DNA of 64,000 nt from Candidatus Hydrothermarchaeales archaeon (GTDB taxonomy: Archaea; Hydrothermarchaeota; Hydrothermarchaeia; Hydrothermarchaeales; JAZGAD01), in contig JAZGAD010000033.1 in the NCBI GenBank assembly GCA_036444275.1, forward strand, positions 1 through 64,000, read 5' to 3'. The number at the start of each line of letters is the position of its first letter. Position 1 is the first letter of the stretch. A program made the translations under genes and the position numbers. The notes beneath the pieces were generated by a model. The model did no database searches and was not told the origin of the DNA. It saw only the letters and a program-made list of their open reading frames with translations. This document shows positions 9,438 through 18,336 of this stretch, in pieces.

Positions 9438-11347
9438 GGATACTGCCTATCATTGGAAAGGATTTGAGAATATACTTCAGGCAGAGAAAGACCCTCCTTC
9501 TCATGTTTCTTACGCCCATACTGATAATGCTCGTCATCGGCTCAGTGTTCTCTGATGCAGCTCCGAGCGGCTTAAAGGACGTGAAGCTGGGAATCTCGGG
9601 ATACCAGACTCCTATGGGGGAAAAAATAATAGAAAGTCTGTCCAAGGAGGGTATGTTCACCATTGTCGAGGAGGCTAATGCAACCCCAGAGGCCATGGAA
9701 GCCAAAGTAAAGAACGGCGAGTATAGTGCTGGCATCATTTTGCCAACCAATGAGAGCAGGGCAATAAAACTCTACATAGATAACTCACAGCTGCAAGTAG
9801 CGCCAGTGGTAGCAAGCGTCTTCCTCACCGTCACCGAGAAGATCTCTTACGAGATAACCCTCGGGTTCATAGAGCATCTGTGGACGAACCTCGAGAAGAT
9901 GGAAGCCCAGATGGAGCCGCTGGAAGAGGAAGTGAAGAGAGTAAACGCCACCATCAACGACATCAACAGCGACACCAAGCAAATAAAGGCGTCTCTCGAC
10001 GGCTTGAACACGACAGGGCTCAAGAGCTCTCTAAGCGCTATGGAGGCTGTGCTTGATGGGATGGCGGGAAACCTTACCCAGAGTAGGCACGACTTAATAG
10101 ACACCAGGAGAGAAATATTGGAGTTGAATTCCAGTATATCGACGATAAACTCTGACAGCAGTGAACTGAGGGATGAACTGAAGATCGTAGTGGATAACAT
10201 CGAGGCAACAGACCAGGCACTACTAGAGCTGCAGACTGGGTTAAAAAACGTGTATAATTCTACGTGCTGGAACCAGAGTCAAGTCTTTTTGAATCCGCAG
10301 TGCGTGTCCATAAATCAATCCATTGAGCAGATAGCATATACCAAAAATCTTCTCTCTAACCGAACTTCGAGGATAGTCTCCCTCTACGAAAACTTAGATA
10401 ACGTGGCCAACACCAGTGCAGAGCTCCAGGTAAAGCTGTCCGAGATCGATGCAAGGCTGGAGAGGATGGACGCATCGATAGTTGACTACATCTCAGATAT
10501 GCAGGATATACGGGTTGGGATATCGCCAATAGAGGAGACCATTACATCTGTAGAGGAGATAAGGGAACAGGCAGGGAACACCTTCGCCCTGGTCGACTCT
10601 ATAACCCATGAGATAAATGTGAACTCGGCGAAGCTTGTTAAAGACATCGAGGAGAGCAAGTCGATGCTTAGGGAGGTGTTAGCAAGGCATCCAGCAGCTG
10701 TAATAGCTCCTGTAACCCTGGAGAGATACATAGCCTTCGAGGAGAGGAGCCGCCTAGATTTTCTCATGCCTGGGATAATAGCCATAGTCCTGATGTTTGT
10801 CTGCTTCCTCCTAGCTTCTATAACAGTAATCCAAGAGAAGAGCGGCGGCACACTAGCCAGAACCATAGTCTCTCCGATAAGCCTGCACGAGCTTCTAATC
10901 GCCAAGATGATAGCACTGCTGGTGATCTCCTTTATACAGGCATTGATTTTACTGGGCATCGCTCGCTTCCTCTATGGCATAGTGCTTCCTACAGCCCAGT
11001 TCTTTCCCTTGATTGAGGCAGTAGTCGTTTACTCCATTGCATTCATCTCTATCGGCATGGTCATAGCAGCCTTTGCGGACTCTGAGAATACCGCTATGCT
11101 CTCCTCCCTGGTACTGAGCATACCCATGCTCTTTCTCTGTGGCGTCTTCTTTCCCTTCGAGATGATGCCACCGGCCATGGCCGCATTCGGCTCAGCGCTT
11201 CCGATAACTCTAGGGGTAGAGCTATTCAAGGACATCCTGGTCTACCAGAACCCCATAACCCCTGGGAACCCCCTCCGCCTCGCTGGATACTCTGCTGTTG
11301 CCTACGCAATAGCATACTTGGAGATGAGGTATAGGCTACAGGATTAA
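9428..11347 (+). CDS. ABC-2 permease with long extracellular coiled coil (YhgE/Pip-like)
   Basis: N-terminal TM, roughly 270-aa heptad region, C-terminal ABC-2 TM bundle (FLMPGII, EK.GGTL, GVFFP). Confidence 0.85.
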   Translation: MAVRILPIIGKDLRIYFRQRKTLLLMFLTPILIMLVIGSVFSDAAPSGLKDVKLGISGYQTPMGEKIIESLSKEGMFTIVEEANATPEAMEAKVKNGEYSAGIILPTNESRAIKLYIDNSQLQVAPVVASVFLTVTEKISYEITLGFIEHLWTNLEKMEAQMEPLEEEVKRVNATINDINSDTKQIKASLDGLNTTGLKSSLSAMEAVLDGMAGNLTQSRHDLIDTRREILELNSSISTINSDSSELRDELKIVVDNIEATDQALLELQTGLKNVYNSTCWNQSQVFLNPQCVSINQSIEQIAYTKNLLSNRTSRIVSLYENLDNVANTSAELQVKLSEIDARLERMDASIVDYISDMQDIRVGISPIEETITSVEEIREQAGNTFALVDSITHEINVNSAKLVKDIEESKSMLREVLARHPAAVIAPVTLERYIAFEERSRLDFLMPGIIAIVLMFVCFLLASITVIQEKSGGTLARTIVSPISLHELLIAKMIALLVISFIQALILLGIARFLYGIVLPTAQFFPLIEAVVVYSIAFISIGMVIAAFADSENTAMLSSLVLSIPMLFLCGVFFPFEMMPPAMAAFGSALPITLGVELFKDILVYQNPITPGNPLRLAGYSAVAYAIAYLEMRYRLQD

Positions 11348-11397
11348 AAACAGAAAACATCGATGGTGAGGTTGAAACTCGTCCTCTAAAAATTGAA
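11276..11397 (+). repeat. 122-bp direct repeat, copy 1 (3' end of permease plus downstream DNA)
   Basis: Matches 13162-13283 with 2 mismatches. Confidence 0.95.
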
Positions 11398-11448
11398 CTG
11401 TATACTTGTTTCCATAACAACTCCTATATGTCTACCGGAGCCCGCACT

Positions 11449-11538
11449 TCATCCCAGAGTTTTCCTTTTGATTTCTTTTATTTTGTCGAAATCCTTCCTC
11501 GCAGTCTCCACTATCTTCTTGCTGTCCCATTTTCCCAA
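11449..11538 (-). CDS. Possible 29-aa basic micro-protein
   Basis: TTG start MGKWDSKKIVETARKDFDKIKEIKRKTLG with AGGTG upstream. Confidence 0.3.
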   Translation of the reverse strand: MGKWDSKKIVETARKDFDKIKEIKRKTLG

Positions 11539-11717
11539 GGCAAACACCTGCCTTAACTAGCACTTGTCACACTATAAAAGTTTCTAGGATAGGTTTAATT
11601 GGAAATAACGAATGTATCATTAAACGAATGAAAAACTTATTTAACCAACGTTAAATGTCGTATTTGCTCGTCTGTTTCTAAAATATATTTACAATGTTAT
11701 GTCTCTAATATAGAGAC

Positions 11718-12644
11718 ATGATGAGCAGGAAACTACTGGGGGAGTATCTGGTCTTGCATGGTGAATACAGGACACAGCCATTTACCCTCGAAAAAACATC
11801 CCAACTACTAGCCACACCATCATCAAAGCTGAGAAACGAGCTATACAAGATGAGGAAAAACCTAGCCTTACAACATCCCAAACGAGGGGTCTATCGAACC
11901 ATAGACCCAGATAAATGGATCGGCCTAGCCATGGGAGTACAGAGATTCCCTGAGCTAATGCCGGTATTCCAAACAATCCAGCCAAGACTCCACCACATTA
12001 AATCCATAATGATATACGGTAGCCGTGTTAGAGGCGACTATAGAGAAGATAGTGACTATGACCTCCTTCTAGTAACTGACGGATCACCCATGCTCTCAGA
12101 AGAAGAGATAAATGCTCTAAAAAAACAGGGTTTTGAACTAGATTTTGGTTCCGAATTAGATCTTCGGAAAGAGATCCAAGACACCCCGGTTTCCATAGTG
12201 CCTATCTTAAAGGAAGCATGGCCCCTGTTCAATAGATATGTCCGGAACAGTCTGCTCAAAGGCTACCGTGAGAGACACCTGCTAAAGGATTTAAAAAGGC
12301 TGTCAAGAACAATTATAACGAATAAATATACCGCCCAAGGCAGCATGAAAGCGGATACGAAGAGGAGTTTTCTTTTCCTATCCCTCGATGCATCAAGACA
12401 ACTATGTTTGATGGAGACACTCCTCGGACAAAAGCCGTTCACTACCCAGAGATGGCTTGACAAGACCTCAAGAGCCTGGGGGATGAAACCAGATGAGGTG
12501 CGGAGGCTTTATAGGATTTATAAAGAAGTGGAGAGGGAGAAGAAGCCAAGGATGGATTATCTGACAAGTGAAAAGGCAAGGAGTATAGTAGAGGGCAACA
12601 TACAATATCTCGATGCAATAATGAAAATATGGGAAGAAGAATAA
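11718..12644 (+). CDS. wHTH plus MNT/pol-beta-like nucleotidyltransferase plus helical C-terminal domain
   Basis: YGSRVRGDYREDSDYDLL (GS..DxD) motif; N-terminal wHTH ending KRGVY (AbiEi-like). Confidence 0.75.
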   Translation: MMSRKLLGEYLVLHGEYRTQPFTLEKTSQLLATPSSKLRNELYKMRKNLALQHPKRGVYRTIDPDKWIGLAMGVQRFPELMPVFQTIQPRLHHIKSIMIYGSRVRGDYREDSDYDLLLVTDGSPMLSEEEINALKKQGFELDFGSELDLRKEIQDTPVSIVPILKEAWPLFNRYVRNSLLKGYRERHLLKDLKRLSRTIITNKYTAQGSMKADTKRSFLFLSLDASRQLCLMETLLGQKPFTTQRWLDKTSRAWGMKPDEVRRLYRIYKEVEREKKPRMDYLTSEKARSIVEGNIQYLDAIMKIWEEE

Positions 12645-12874
12645 TGCCTAAAAAGAAGAAGCCCAGCACTAAGAAGATGTTAAAGAAAAAACGTGGATAC
12701 CAAAGGGTGAGAGCAAAACATGTGGCAAAGATCAGAGAAGACTTACAGACAGGCAGACTGCTGGAGTCTATTCCAAAAATGAAAAGAGAGATAAACGGCT
12801 ACGATGTGAAGATCGGCGGATACAGTGAGCGGGTGGATAGACGGAAGAAAAGAGGGACCAAACGGAAAAAATAG
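12644..12874 (+). CDS. Small, very basic hypothetical protein
   Basis: TAATG stop/start overlap with the MNT gene; K/R-rich, 76 aa. Confidence 0.5.
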   Translation: MPKKKKPSTKKMLKKKRGYQRVRAKHVAKIREDLQTGRLLESIPKMKREINGYDVKIGGYSERVDRRKKRGTKRKK

Positions 12875-12962
12875 AACAGCACCGATTAATTAAAAAAAAG
12901 CAAACCCCACATTAAAGGTCGAAAAAACTTATTTTTGTGGGAGGATGTATAAGGTTGACCGC

Positions 12963-13113
12963 AACCCCGAAATTGGTAAACCTTTGAGAAATGTTTTGAA
13001 ACACGAGAGACGTATTCACATAGGGCCTTTCGTGCTGATCTACAAAATTGACAAAAAACACCAAGACAATAACGCTTCTCGAGCTCAACCACCACGACAG
13101 GGCATACAGATAA
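12963..13113 (+). pseudogene. RelE/StbE-family toxin remnant (5' truncated, frameshifted)
   Basis: NPEIGKPLRNVLKHERRIHIGPFVLIYKID; removing one A from the A6 run at 13053-13058 restores KNTKTITLLELNHHDRAYR*. Confidence 0.75.
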
Positions 13114-13161
13114 TTACACCCCCATTCTTTCCTATAAAACAATTTTATACCCCCCCCCCTT

Positions 13162-13283
13162 CGCCTCGCTGGATACTCTGCTGTTGCCTACGCAATAGCA
13201 TACTTGGAGATGAGGTATAGGCTACAGGATTAAAAACAGAAAACATCGATAGTGAGATTGAAACTCGTCCTCTAAAAATTGAA
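13162..13283 (+). repeat. 122-bp direct repeat, copy 2
   Basis: Matches 11276-11397. Confidence 0.95.
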
Positions 13284-13322
13284 TAGTTACCAGGGCAATA
13301 ATTGTTCCATGTTTAAGGTGAA

Positions 13323-13739
13323 TCAGTCGATTATTCTCACTACTGGGAAATTGTCTAGGTGTTTGTCGAAGGAGTAAATCTCTTTTACATCTCTATCTAG
13401 CATGGTGATATACGCTAGTGCATCGTTTGCTCTGCTCGCTTTATCCTCTGCCAGGAAGAGTGCAGCCATATATTCGCCCCTGCCGACGTCCACCACTGTG
13501 ATATTAGGTTTTGTCATCAAATCCCTAACAAATTCCAGGGCAAAAGTCTGATTTACCGCATTTTCCAAAAAATTTGCAATCTCGCTCAAGTGCACAACGC
13601 TCGTTAAAACTTCTTCTCCGCGGTCTATCCTTCGAAATATGTTCTTCGCCTTTTCTTTGATTTGACCTTCCGCTTGAGTTAGCTTCCTTTTTGGTTTCAG
13701 AAGCGCATAAATAAAGATATTTGTATCAACAAATCTCAT
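13323..13739 (-). CDS. vapC: VapC PIN-domain toxin
   Basis: FVDTNIF, NDAL, IYSFDKHLD. Confidence 0.9.
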   Translation of the reverse strand: MRFVDTNIFIYALLKPKRKLTQAEGQIKEKAKNIFRRIDRGEEVLTSVVHLSEIANFLENAVNQTFALEFVRDLMTKPNITVVDVGRGEYMAALFLAEDKASRANDALAYITMLDRDVKEIYSFDKHLDNFPVVRIID

Positions 13740-13975
13740 TCTACCGACTTTCTAAGCTCTTTTTTAAGGAGATGGTAATCCGAGAAGTCCTTCAACTCGA
13801 TCTCTATAGCATCGATGTATTTCTCAAGGCCAGCATTTTCTGGAAGGACCTCAACCCGGTCCTCTAGCTCGATTACAATTACATCTCTACTCCCACCAAG
13901 AGCTTTCTTCCTCCATGATATGGGAATAGATATCCTTCCATGGGAATCTACTTTCTTTTTTTCCACTTTTATCAT
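13736..13975 (-). CDS. vapB: AbrB/MazE-type VapB antitoxin
   Basis: VDSHGRISIP motif; ATGA overlap with vapC. Confidence 0.85.
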   Translation of the reverse strand: MIKVEKKKVDSHGRISIPISWRKKALGGSRDVIVIELEDRVEVLPENAGLEKYIDAIEIELKDFSDYHLLKKELRKSVE

Positions 13976-14081
13976 ATGATTACCATTATCTTATGATTAT
14001 ATAACATATAAAAATATTTTTGGGAAAACGTATATAAGGTTGACCACAGCCCTCTAAAAATAAAAAAAAGAAAAAGGGGGT

Positions 14082-14366
14082 TTATTTCGTAATAAGGTCG
14101 ACAGCCCCGAGTATAGTCCCTACTGCTACAGCGACGAATCCTATCACTGAGAGTATCAGTGTAACCCAACTGGTAACAAAGTGTATACTGGGCAGAACTC
14201 TGACTGTAAGAGTCAGTACTCCTCCCAGTAGGTAAGCAAGTGCTCCGGCCATGATGTAGTCAAAGTTTTTCCCTAACTTATCGGCTGTTCCAGCGTATTT
14301 CAGTAGAACCCCCACTACAAATAGTGTCACCGCCAGCGATACTTCCCCTACCAATACCATATGCAT
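14082..14366 (-). CDS. Small 3-TM hypothetical protein
   Basis: Hydrophobic 94-aa ORF followed by a T-tract on the minus strand. Confidence 0.65.
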   Translation of the reverse strand: MHMVLVGEVSLAVTLFVVGVLLKYAGTADKLGKNFDYIMAGALAYLLGGVLTLTVRVLPSIHFVTSWVTLILSVIGFVAVAVGTILGAVDLITK

Positions 14367-14498
14367 TCACCCCAACGAGGCATGGTTTTTGCCTCCATAA
14401 ATAATTTTCCATTTGATTTAGCATTGGTCCCTAAATTCTGGCATGACAAGCTTTATTATGCACAAGTGATAGCCAGTGTCAATAGAGGTGACCAAGCA

Positions 14499-14858
14499 AT
14501 GAGAAAACCATTGAATAACAAGACACTGGAGAACCTAGTAGCAGTCTATATGGATGCCCGTTTCAAGAAGGATTTTCATTTAGTACCTGAAGACATCATA
14601 GCCAAACTCGGATGCAGCAAAGAGGAAGCAAGGAACTACCGAGATGCTGTAAGTGCTATCTGGGACCTAGAACACAAATTCAGTAGGTATCTCCAGGATG
14701 TGAGAATGAAGCAGGAATTAGGCATGGAGGCATACAGGGATTTCTTCCAGGGTTTGAAAGAAAGGATGAGCGCACCAGAGCCAGAATATGCCTTTGCTGC
14801 AACGGAACTCCCACAAAATTTGGATACACCCGCGTATTCACGCCGAGAATTACACTAG
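14499..14858 (+). CDS. Hypothetical protein
   Basis: GAGGTG RBS before ATG 14499; bracketed by 14-bp direct repeats. Confidence 0.6.
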   Translation: MRKPLNNKTLENLVAVYMDARFKKDFHLVPEDIIAKLGCSKEEARNYRDAVSAIWDLEHKFSRYLQDVRMKQELGMEAYRDFFQGLKERMSAPEPEYAFAATELPQNLDTPAYSRRELH

Positions 14859-14933
14859 CGAGTTCGTTTTCTAGCTTCTAGCCTTGACGGCGAAGGCTTT
14901 TGATTTAGCATTTTGTATGCCCTAGTAGGTCTA

Positions 14934-15017
14934 CGCCGAGGGCAGGATTTGAACCTGCGAGCTCTTGCGAGCACCAGATCTCGAATCTGGCGCCTTCCCG
15001 GGCTAGGCTACCTCGGC
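14934..15017 (-). tRNA. tRNA-Ser(CGA)
   Basis: Cloverleaf GCCGAGG...CCTCGGCG, anticodon arm CCAGA-TTCGAGA-TCTGG, long variable arm. Confidence 0.95.
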
Positions 15018-15144
15018 TAGTGGTTATTTGTTTTTGGTATTATAAAATTCTTGTTGCAATTGCAATTGAAAAAACAGCCGAGAAGAGAGGTTTTATATTT
15101 TATGATTTTTTATTACAGTTGTTAACCGGCGAGAGGAATCTAAC

Positions 15145-16263
15145 ATGGCTGTAACCGAAGATGAGATCCTGCAGTGTAGGTGGCTCGGAAGAGAAGAGGG
15201 CTTCACCGCTTTGGAGCACGAGGTAGTATTCCGGGATCTATGCTGTGGATGCGGAGCTTGCGCCGCTGTATGCCCTGATAAGGTCCTAGAGGTAGACGAG
15301 TTCCCAAAGCTCACAGGGAAGTGCACCGAGTGTGGCTACTGCTTGGTAGAGTGCCCCAGGACATTCTTCGATCCAGAGGGTATAGAAGAGAAGCTTTACG
15401 GCAAGGTAGAAGACCAAGATCTACTGGGCCATATTGAGGTAAAAGTGGCTGCACGGGCAACCAATGGAAAGATTCGTAAAGTGGGCCAAGACGGTGCCTT
15501 CGTAACCGCACTGCTGACATACTGCCTAGAGAAGAAGCTCATAGATGGCGCCATAGTAAGCGGATTCAACGAAGACTGGAAGCCTTCGCCCATGCTGGTC
15601 ACATCACCAAAGGAACTCATGAAGAGCGGTGGCACCAGGTACTCTAATTGCGCTAGCCTATCATCCCTTCAGGACGCAAAGGAGAAATGCCTAAAGAAGC
15701 TGGCCGTAGTTGGGCTACCCTGCCAGATAGAAGGAATAAGGAAGATCCAGCACTACCCAATTGAAGACGTGGACCTCAAGGGTAGGATAGAGCTTACCAT
15801 AGGCTTGTTCTGTAAGAGCAACTTCCTCTATGAGGGACTAATGAGAGAACTCTTGCAGAAGAAGTATAAACTTAACTTGAAAAAAATGAAGAAGATAGAT
15901 ATAAAAGGCAAAAAGGTCATCGCCTACACCGAGAAGGGCGAAGTGGAGATACCCTTGAAAGAAGCACATGAACACGAGCGCAAAGGATGCAAGGTCTGCT
16001 GGGACTTTACCTCCCGTCTATCTGATTTCTCAGTGGGCTCAGTCGGCACACCAAGCGGATACACTACAGTCTTAGCTAGAACTAAGAAGGCTGCAAAAAT
16101 CCTGAAGAATATGGAGAAGGATAAAGCGTTAGAGATCATGAAATTAGATGACGTAAGCAACATCGAAAATCTGCAGAATTATAAGGAAAAACAGGCAGTA
16201 AAAGCAACGAGAAGAAGGATTCGAGAGGTACTGCCTTCTCCATATAAACACCTTAAATTCTGA
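15145..16263 (+). CDS. FrhB/FpoF-family F420-dependent oxidoreductase subunit with 2x[4Fe-4S]
   Basis: CCGCGACAAVCP, CTECGYCLVECP, GQDGA.VTA, VGLPCQ, IGLFC, C..C.DF. Confidence 0.9.
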   Translation: MAVTEDEILQCRWLGREEGFTALEHEVVFRDLCCGCGACAAVCPDKVLEVDEFPKLTGKCTECGYCLVECPRTFFDPEGIEEKLYGKVEDQDLLGHIEVKVAARATNGKIRKVGQDGAFVTALLTYCLEKKLIDGAIVSGFNEDWKPSPMLVTSPKELMKSGGTRYSNCASLSSLQDAKEKCLKKLAVVGLPCQIEGIRKIQHYPIEDVDLKGRIELTIGLFCKSNFLYEGLMRELLQKKYKLNLKKMKKIDIKGKKVIAYTEKGEVEIPLKEAHEHERKGCKVCWDFTSRLSDFSVGSVGTPSGYTTVLARTKKAAKILKNMEKDKALEIMKLDDVSNIENLQNYKEKQAVKATRRRIREVLPSPYKHLKF

Positions 16264-16272
16264 GGGCCAACA

Positions 16273-16791
16273 ATGAATACAAGAGTCACATCATGGCAGG
16301 TTTCAAATGTACCCGGGCCAAAACTGGGTAGAGCAGTCACGCCGGATGTCGCGGCGAGGATAATAGATAAGGCCGAGAACCCACTCCTCGTGGTGGGAGC
16401 GAACATCACTGAGTTAGACTCGCTGCTGGAGCTTGTAATTAGACTCTCAAAGACAGGCATAACCCTGACAGCTACTTCTAATTCAGTCAAGCACTTCCGG
16501 GAGCGAAAAGTAGATGTGGAAGCTCTAGGCCTCTCGGAACTCACGAATCTATTGCGGGACGAGGAATGGAAGGGCTTTAATGGCAAAGGGAACTACGACC
16601 TTGTCATATTCCTGGGCATTGAATACTGGCTCCTCTCGCAGATGGCTAACACCTTGAAGAACTTCACAGATATAGAGACTCTCACTCTAACGAGGTATTA
16701 CCAGCCAAATGCAACTTTCTCCTTTCCCAACTTAAGTGACGATATATGGATCGAGTATCTGAATAAAGTATGCAAGAAATTGGAAAGCTAA
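16273..16791 (+). CDS. cdhB: CODH/ACS complex epsilon subunit (CdhB-like)
   Basis: NVPGPK.G, PLLVVG, W.GF.G.GNYDLVIFLG, YYQPNA.FSFPNL. Confidence 0.85.
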   Translation: MNTRVTSWQVSNVPGPKLGRAVTPDVAARIIDKAENPLLVVGANITELDSLLELVIRLSKTGITLTATSNSVKHFRERKVDVEALGLSELTNLLRDEEWKGFNGKGNYDLVIFLGIEYWLLSQMANTLKNFTDIETLTLTRYYQPNATFSFPNLSDDIWIEYLNKVCKKLES

Positions 16792-16822
16792 ATTTCGACA
16801 AATATAGTCGATAAACAGAGGA

Positions 16823-18271
16823 CTACGTCTTTTTCTCGATCCCAACAACCTTGAAGAACTTGTCCACTATTGCTTCTTCAGCTAGACTCAAAAGCGAGTC
16901 CTTATCCTTTACTTCGCCAAATAGTCCAAGAGGTACCTTTGCTGCAGCTGCTTGGGCATGGCCTCCTGCTTCACCTATATCCCCGAAGGCCTTAGTCATA
17001 GCATCACCCAGATTCAACCGGATGTCTCTGTTTCTACCGGATATATGAACCACATTCTTCCCTACGCCGTAAACGAGCACTGTAGAGATACCTTCTAGGC
17101 TTAGCAGGTAGTCTGCAGCCTGGGGCAGAGTGTCCCGCTCTCGAATGAAACCAACGTTTGAGATAAGGTAGCTGCCTTCGATCCTCCTATTCTTGATCGC
17201 TTTCCCCAAGATATCCAGGCTCTCAGACGACATTGGAGGCGTCCCTATCCTTGCCAGCAGGTCGTGGTTTGCCTTTGGATAGAGCTCAATCACCGCCCGC
17301 AAGTCCTCTGGTGTCGCACCCCGGGTGAAGTCCTTGGTATCTGTCTTAATGCCGTATAGGAGCACTGTAGCAAGTTCCTCGTCTAACTCTCGATCCAGGT
17401 AAGTTAGATACTCTGTCATTATAGTCGACGTGGCCCCAACCTCGGGCCTAATATCCCGGAAGTCCGCTTTGACCTTCTTCATGTTCGCGGGGTGGTGGTC
17501 AATAATGATATCAGGCACTATGCCTTTGTCCAAGGAATTGTTCTCTCCAGGTATTGATGCCTCGATTAATGCTATCTTGGAGTAGCCCCTTAAATCCTTG
17601 ACCTTTGACCTATGAATCATCTCTATGCCCATAAGATTGACCAGGGCACGGTTCTCATCGTAGCCTATCTCTTCACCATAGATTATGTCAGCCTTCTTAC
17701 CCTGCCCCTCGGCAATCCTCTTCAATGCTAGAGCGCTTGCAATAGCATCTGGATCAGGGTTATCCTGCGTTACTATTGCTAACCCCTTATCAGCGCTTGC
17801 TATTATCTCTTTCAACCTCTTGAATTTCTTCTTAAACTCCATCGCCTCCAAACTCTGTATCGTGTAATCCGCAAGTACATTGGTGGGGTATATCACTACA
17901 TCGGCTTCGTCCTTGAACTCATTCTTTGTGCTTTTGGGTCCGGCTCTAACTATAAGCACCGCATCCTTCCTCAGTTTTTTAACAAGCCGAACTGCCTTTT
18001 TATTCAGCTCTAAATCGTTGGCCATTATGAGGACAGCGCTCGCCCTACTTATACCGGCCTTTTCCAAGATTTCCTTATTGGTCATATTCCCCTCCACCAC
18101 CTCTAGGCCACGCTCCCTGAGGCTGGCAACCCTCTCTGGATTCTTCTCCACTATAACTACGTCCTTCTCCAGATCCTGCAGCCTGCTCGCAGTGAAATAG
18201 CCAGTAGTACCACACCCCAACAACAGATACATGTGCTTATCCCTCAAACGCACCAAAATAATAAATACCAC
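16823..18271 (-). CDS. TrkA_N (RCK) plus DHH/DHHA1 phosphoesterase
   Basis: GCGTTG Rossmann motif, NPDPDA, IIDHH, AGGH. Confidence 0.88.
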   Translation of the reverse strand: MVFIILVRLRDKHMYLLLGCGTTGYFTASRLQDLEKDVVIVEKNPERVASLRERGLEVVEGNMTNKEILEKAGISRASAVLIMANDLELNKKAVRLVKKLRKDAVLIVRAGPKSTKNEFKDEADVVIYPTNVLADYTIQSLEAMEFKKKFKRLKEIIASADKGLAIVTQDNPDPDAIASALALKRIAEGQGKKADIIYGEEIGYDENRALVNLMGIEMIHRSKVKDLRGYSKIALIEASIPGENNSLDKGIVPDIIIDHHPANMKKVKADFRDIRPEVGATSTIMTEYLTYLDRELDEELATVLLYGIKTDTKDFTRGATPEDLRAVIELYPKANHDLLARIGTPPMSSESLDILGKAIKNRRIEGSYLISNVGFIRERDTLPQAADYLLSLEGISTVLVYGVGKNVVHISGRNRDIRLNLGDAMTKAFGDIGEAGGHAQAAAAKVPLGLFGEVKDKDSLLSLAEEAIVDKFFKVVGIEKKT

Positions 18272-18336
18272 TCATAGGCAAAAAAGCTTAAATCTTTATG
18301 CTTAAATGTTTTGCCTTCAGAATTGGAAGTGATAAG

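Noticed and set aside
12945-13220. 91-aa ORF as an intact gene
   Set aside because: It is a chimera of the boundary motif, the RelE fragment, frameshifted sequence and the duplicated permease end.
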